The notes below the pieces were generated by a model. It was given only the letters and a program-made list of their open reading frames with translations. It did not search any database and was not told where the DNA came from. A DNA stretch of 59,725 nucleotides. It comes from an uncultured Campylobacteraceae bacterium (GTDB taxonomy: Bacteria > Campylobacterota > Campylobacteria > Campylobacterales > JALSKU01). Shown in pieces: positions 56,835-59,725 of this stretch (position 1 is the stretch's first letter; each line of letters opens with the position of its first letter). Location: contig CAZKWE010000053.1 in the NCBI GenBank assembly GCA_964556545.1, positions 1 through 59,725 on the forward strand, given 5' to 3'. Position numbers and translations under genes: made by a program.

Positions 56835-58280
56835 ATGATATACAAAGAAATTTTTATACTTATTTCACATATTTTATTTACACTAAGTCTTGGCTGGTAT
56901 CTTATCACCAATCTTCAATGGTATAATTATAAAATTGACAGAGTTTTGTTTAAACACAAAAGACAAACTTGGCATCTTTTTTTCTTTGTAATTCCAATAT
57001 TTGCTTATTATATAACCGGTATATACTTTTGGATATATTTTTATTTTGCACTTTTGCCTTCATATTATGTATGGCAGAGAAAACTTGATAAAAAACTTGT
57101 ATATACAAACAGAGTCAAAAGATTTTTTTTATTTTTGTTGCTTGCTGTCGTATTTGAGGACTTTTTATGCTTGATAACTCACAGATGCTATATTTACGGT
57201 GTTATACTTCCTTTGATTGCGGCAACAATTATAGGAGAAATTTTTGAAAGAATTTTATTTGAAGGTTTTAAAAAAGAGGCGAAACGAAAACTGCACAATA
57301 TGCCTGAACTTAAAATAATATCCGTAACCGCAAGTTACGGTAAAACAAGTATAAAAAACTTTTTGTATCAAATACTGAAAAACAGTTTTAAAGTTTATAA
57401 AACCCCAAAAAGTATCAATACTGAAGCCGGTATCATAAAAGATATAAATACTTCTTTACCGGATGATACACAAATATATATTGCAGAAGCAGGTGCAAGA
57501 GAGAAAGGCGATATAAAAAAGATTGTTGATATATTGCAAAATCACTATGCAATAGTTGGCAAAATAGGACCTGCACACATTGAATATTTTAAAACTTTGG
57601 AAAATATTCGCAATACTAAGATGGAAATTATAGAGGGTAAAAATATTGTAAAAGCATATGTACATAAAAGTGCAAATATCAGCCCCAATGATAAAATAAG
57701 AGTTTTTGGTGATGAAATTAAAGAGGTAAACTCATCACTTAACGGACTTTCGTTTAAGATAGAATTAAATGGCAAAACAGAAGAGTTTGAAGCCAAAAAT
57801 ATACTCGGAAGTTTTAATGCTATCAATATAACAGCAGCAATACTGATGGCTTTGGAGTTTGGTTTGGATATGGATACTATAAAAAAAAGAGTTTCAAAAC
57901 TATCACAGGTTGAACACAGGTTGCAAAAAATTGAAGCCGGCGGTAAACTTATCATAGATGATAGTTATAACGGCAATCTCGAAGGAATGATTTTATCATA
58001 TGATTTGGTTTCAACTTATAAAGGCAGAAAAGTTTTGATAACACCAGGTATCATAGAAAGTACGAAAGAGGCAAACATAGAGTTGGCAAAAAAGATTGAT
58101 AAAATTTTTGATATAGTTATTATAACCGGTAAAGCAAATGCCGTTATATTAATGGATTATATAAAAATTCCTAAAAAACTTTTGCTTTCAAACAAAGAAA
58201 AATTACAAGAGTTATTGGCAAAAGAGACAAAAGTCGGCGATTTGATATTGTTTTCCAATGATGCTCCGGCATTTATATAG
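56835..58280 (+). CDS. murF: Mur ligase (MurF-type) with N-terminal TM segments
   Basis: VTASYGKTS P-loop, EAGARE, IGPAHIE, LIIDDSYNGN and ITPG. Downstream of ddl. Confidence 0.82.
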   Translation: MIYKEIFILISHILFTLSLGWYLITNLQWYNYKIDRVLFKHKRQTWHLFFFVIPIFAYYITGIYFWIYFYFALLPSYYVWQRKLDKKLVYTNRVKRFFLFLLLAVVFEDFLCLITHRCYIYGVILPLIAATIIGEIFERILFEGFKKEAKRKLHNMPELKIISVTASYGKTSIKNFLYQILKNSFKVYKTPKSINTEAGIIKDINTSLPDDTQIYIAEAGAREKGDIKKIVDILQNHYAIVGKIGPAHIEYFKTLENIRNTKMEIIEGKNIVKAYVHKSANISPNDKIRVFGDEIKEVNSSLNGLSFKIELNGKTEEFEAKNILGSFNAINITAAILMALEFGLDMDTIKKRVSKLSQVEHRLQKIEAGGKLIIDDSYNGNLEGMILSYDLVSTYKGRKVLITPGIIESTKEANIELAKKIDKIFDIVIITGKANAVILMDYIKIPKKLLLSNKEKLQELLAKETKVGDLILFSNDAPAFI

Positions 58281-58285
58281 TTATA

Positions 58286-59725
58286 ATGATGCAAAAAGAT
58301 ATAATTTTACTTGCAGTTAATGCAAGATATTCTCATACAGCTTTAGGACTTCGCTATATCAGAGCAAATTTAAAAGAATTGAAAAATGTTTCGCTTATAG
58401 TTGAAAGAACCATCAATGAAGACATATATTCTATTGTAGAAGAAGTTTTATATTATCGTCCGAAGATAGTCGGAATTGGTACTTATATATGGAATGCACA
58501 ACATATCAAAAAAATTGTTTCCACAATAAAAAAGGTTTCACCAAATATTATAATTATACTCGGTGGTCCTGAGGTTAGCCATTTTCCTATGAGGATTGAT
58601 TTTAGCGAAGCTGATTATATTATAAGAGGAGAGGGTGAGATAACTTTTTATGATTACTCCAAGATGATACTTGATGGCTTTTTGCCAAAAGAGAGAAATA
58701 TTCAAGCAATTATACCTGATGTAAAAAAGATAGAGTTTCCTTATGGTGAATACAGTGATGAGGATATAGCAAACAGATATATTTATGTAGAAAGTAGCAG
58801 AGGATGCCCTTTTCACTGTGAATTTTGCTTGAGTTCATTAGATAAAAAGGTTAGATATTTTGACTTCGATAAAATTATACATGAATTTGATATACTTTGG
58901 AACAGGGGTGTTAGAAGCTTTAAATTTATAGACAGGACTTTTAATCTCAATATAAAATTTGCTTTAAAACTTATGGATTATTTTTTGTCAAAAAATGAGA
59001 AATACTCCTTGCATTTTGAAGTGGTACCTGATAATTTTCCGCAAAGATTAAAAGAGAAACTGAAAAAGTTTCCACCATATTCTTTGCAACTTGAAATAGG
59101 ACTTCAAAGTTTGAATGAGCAAATTTTGAAAAATATCAACAGGACTATGGATATACAAAAAACAAAATCAAATATAAAATTTTTAGAAAATGAGACAAAA
59201 GCACATCTTCATCTTGATCTTATCATCGGACTTCCCGGAGAGAGTCTTGATAGTTTTAGAGATAATTTAAACGAACTTACTTCCATAACAAAGAGTGAAA
59301 TTCAGCTTGGAATTTTAAAAAAACTATCCGGTACTCCCATTTCAAGATGGGATAAAGAGTATAGTATGAAATATTCTGATGAACCGCCTTATGAAATACT
59401 TCAAAATACTTTTATGGATTTTTTTACTATGCAGGAGATGAAAAGATTTGTTAGATTTTGGGATTTGATATATAACAGCGGAAATTTTCATAAAACAAAA
59501 GAGTATATTTGGAAAAATACTACCGTGTATGATGGTTTTTTAAATCTCAGCAGATGGATATATTCTCAAACTCAGGCAACTTATCAAATATCACTTATGA
59601 GGCTTAGTGAATTACTTTTTAATTATTTAACGAAAGAAGAAAAATACGATAAAAAAGAGATAGCAAATTCTATTATGAATGATATCATAAGAGTTGAGGG
59701 CAGGAAAGTTCCCGGATTTTTGCAT
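58286..59725 (+). CDS. B12-binding radical SAM protein (3'-truncated; absent from the ORF track)
   Basis: ATG 58286 opens MMQKDIILLAVNARYSHTALGLRY...LGGPEVS..GEGE, SRGCPFHCEFC (CxxxCxxC) and FIDRTFN. The frame is open to the window end. Confidence 0.9.
   Translation, partial: MMQKDIILLAVNARYSHTALGLRYIRANLKELKNVSLIVERTINEDIYSIVEEVLYYRPKIVGIGTYIWNAQHIKKIVSTIKKVSPNIIIILGGPEVSHFPMRIDFSEADYIIRGEGEITFYDYSKMILDGFLPKERNIQAIIPDVKKIEFPYGEYSDEDIANRYIYVESSRGCPFHCEFCLSSLDKKVRYFDFDKIIHEFDILWNRGVRSFKFIDRTFNLNIKFALKLMDYFLSKNEKYSLHFEVVPDNFPQRLKEKLKKFPPYSLQLEIGLQSLNEQILKNINRTMDIQKTKSNIKFLENETKAHLHLDLIIGLPGESLDSFRDNLNELTSITKSEIQLGILKKLSGTPISRWDKEYSMKYSDEPPYEILQNTFMDFFTMQEMKRFVRFWDLIYNSGNFHKTKEYIWKNTTVYDGFLNLSRWIYSQTQATYQISLMRLSELLFNYLTKEEKYDKKEIANSIMNDIIRVEGRKVPGFLH

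Noticed and set aside
189-58816. Dozens of 60-175-aa ORFs in the supplied track lying antisense or out-of-frame within real genes (e.g. 9509-9988, 21821-22348, 38514-38921, 53007-53423)
   Set aside because: Fully overlapped by well-supported CDSs, with no RBS or motifs. These are typical shadow ORFs.
1-59725. CRISPR arrays, tRNA/rRNA genes, IS elements, integrases, and poly-G/C phase-variation tracts
   Set aside because: All intergenic gaps are under ~220 bp with no repeat-spacer or cloverleaf pattern. I saw no recombinase motifs and no long G/C homopolymer run.

Overview
AT-rich chromosomal window from a Campylobacterota (epsilonproteobacterial) genome. The assignment rests on gene order and protein types; the genus cannot be resolved from sequence alone. 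Almost all of it is housekeeping: prmC, msrAB, ftsZ/ftsA, bioA, rsmH/ftsL, hemA/proS/hemC/mqnL, two flagellar blocks (flaG-fliD-fliS-fliT-like and flgI-flgJ-flgM-flgN-flgK), atpB, gatB, a K+ channel, gpsA, rseP/pgsA/dapA/pyrD, cysS/murJ, fapA/ruvA/ddl/murF and a truncated B12 radical SAM gene. I saw no tRNA, rRNA, CRISPR array, transposase or integrase. The clear accessory element is a 6.25-kb minus-strand three-gene operon (24731-30982) between rsmD and flgI, which are normally adjacent. It encodes (i) a ~534-aa outer-membrane beta-barrel with no obvious plug, (ii) a 450-aa secreted protein with Ig-like, NTF2-like and HmuY-like domains, and (iii) a 1076-aa secreted protein with ~11-12 tandem PASTA repeats ending in an NTF2-like domain paralogous to that of (ii). 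No kinase or PBP domain accompanies the PASTA array. This is my best candidate for an undescribed envelope or secretion system. Its right edge carries a tandem duplication of the flgI sigma54 promoter. All domain calls are from visual motif recognition, not database searches.
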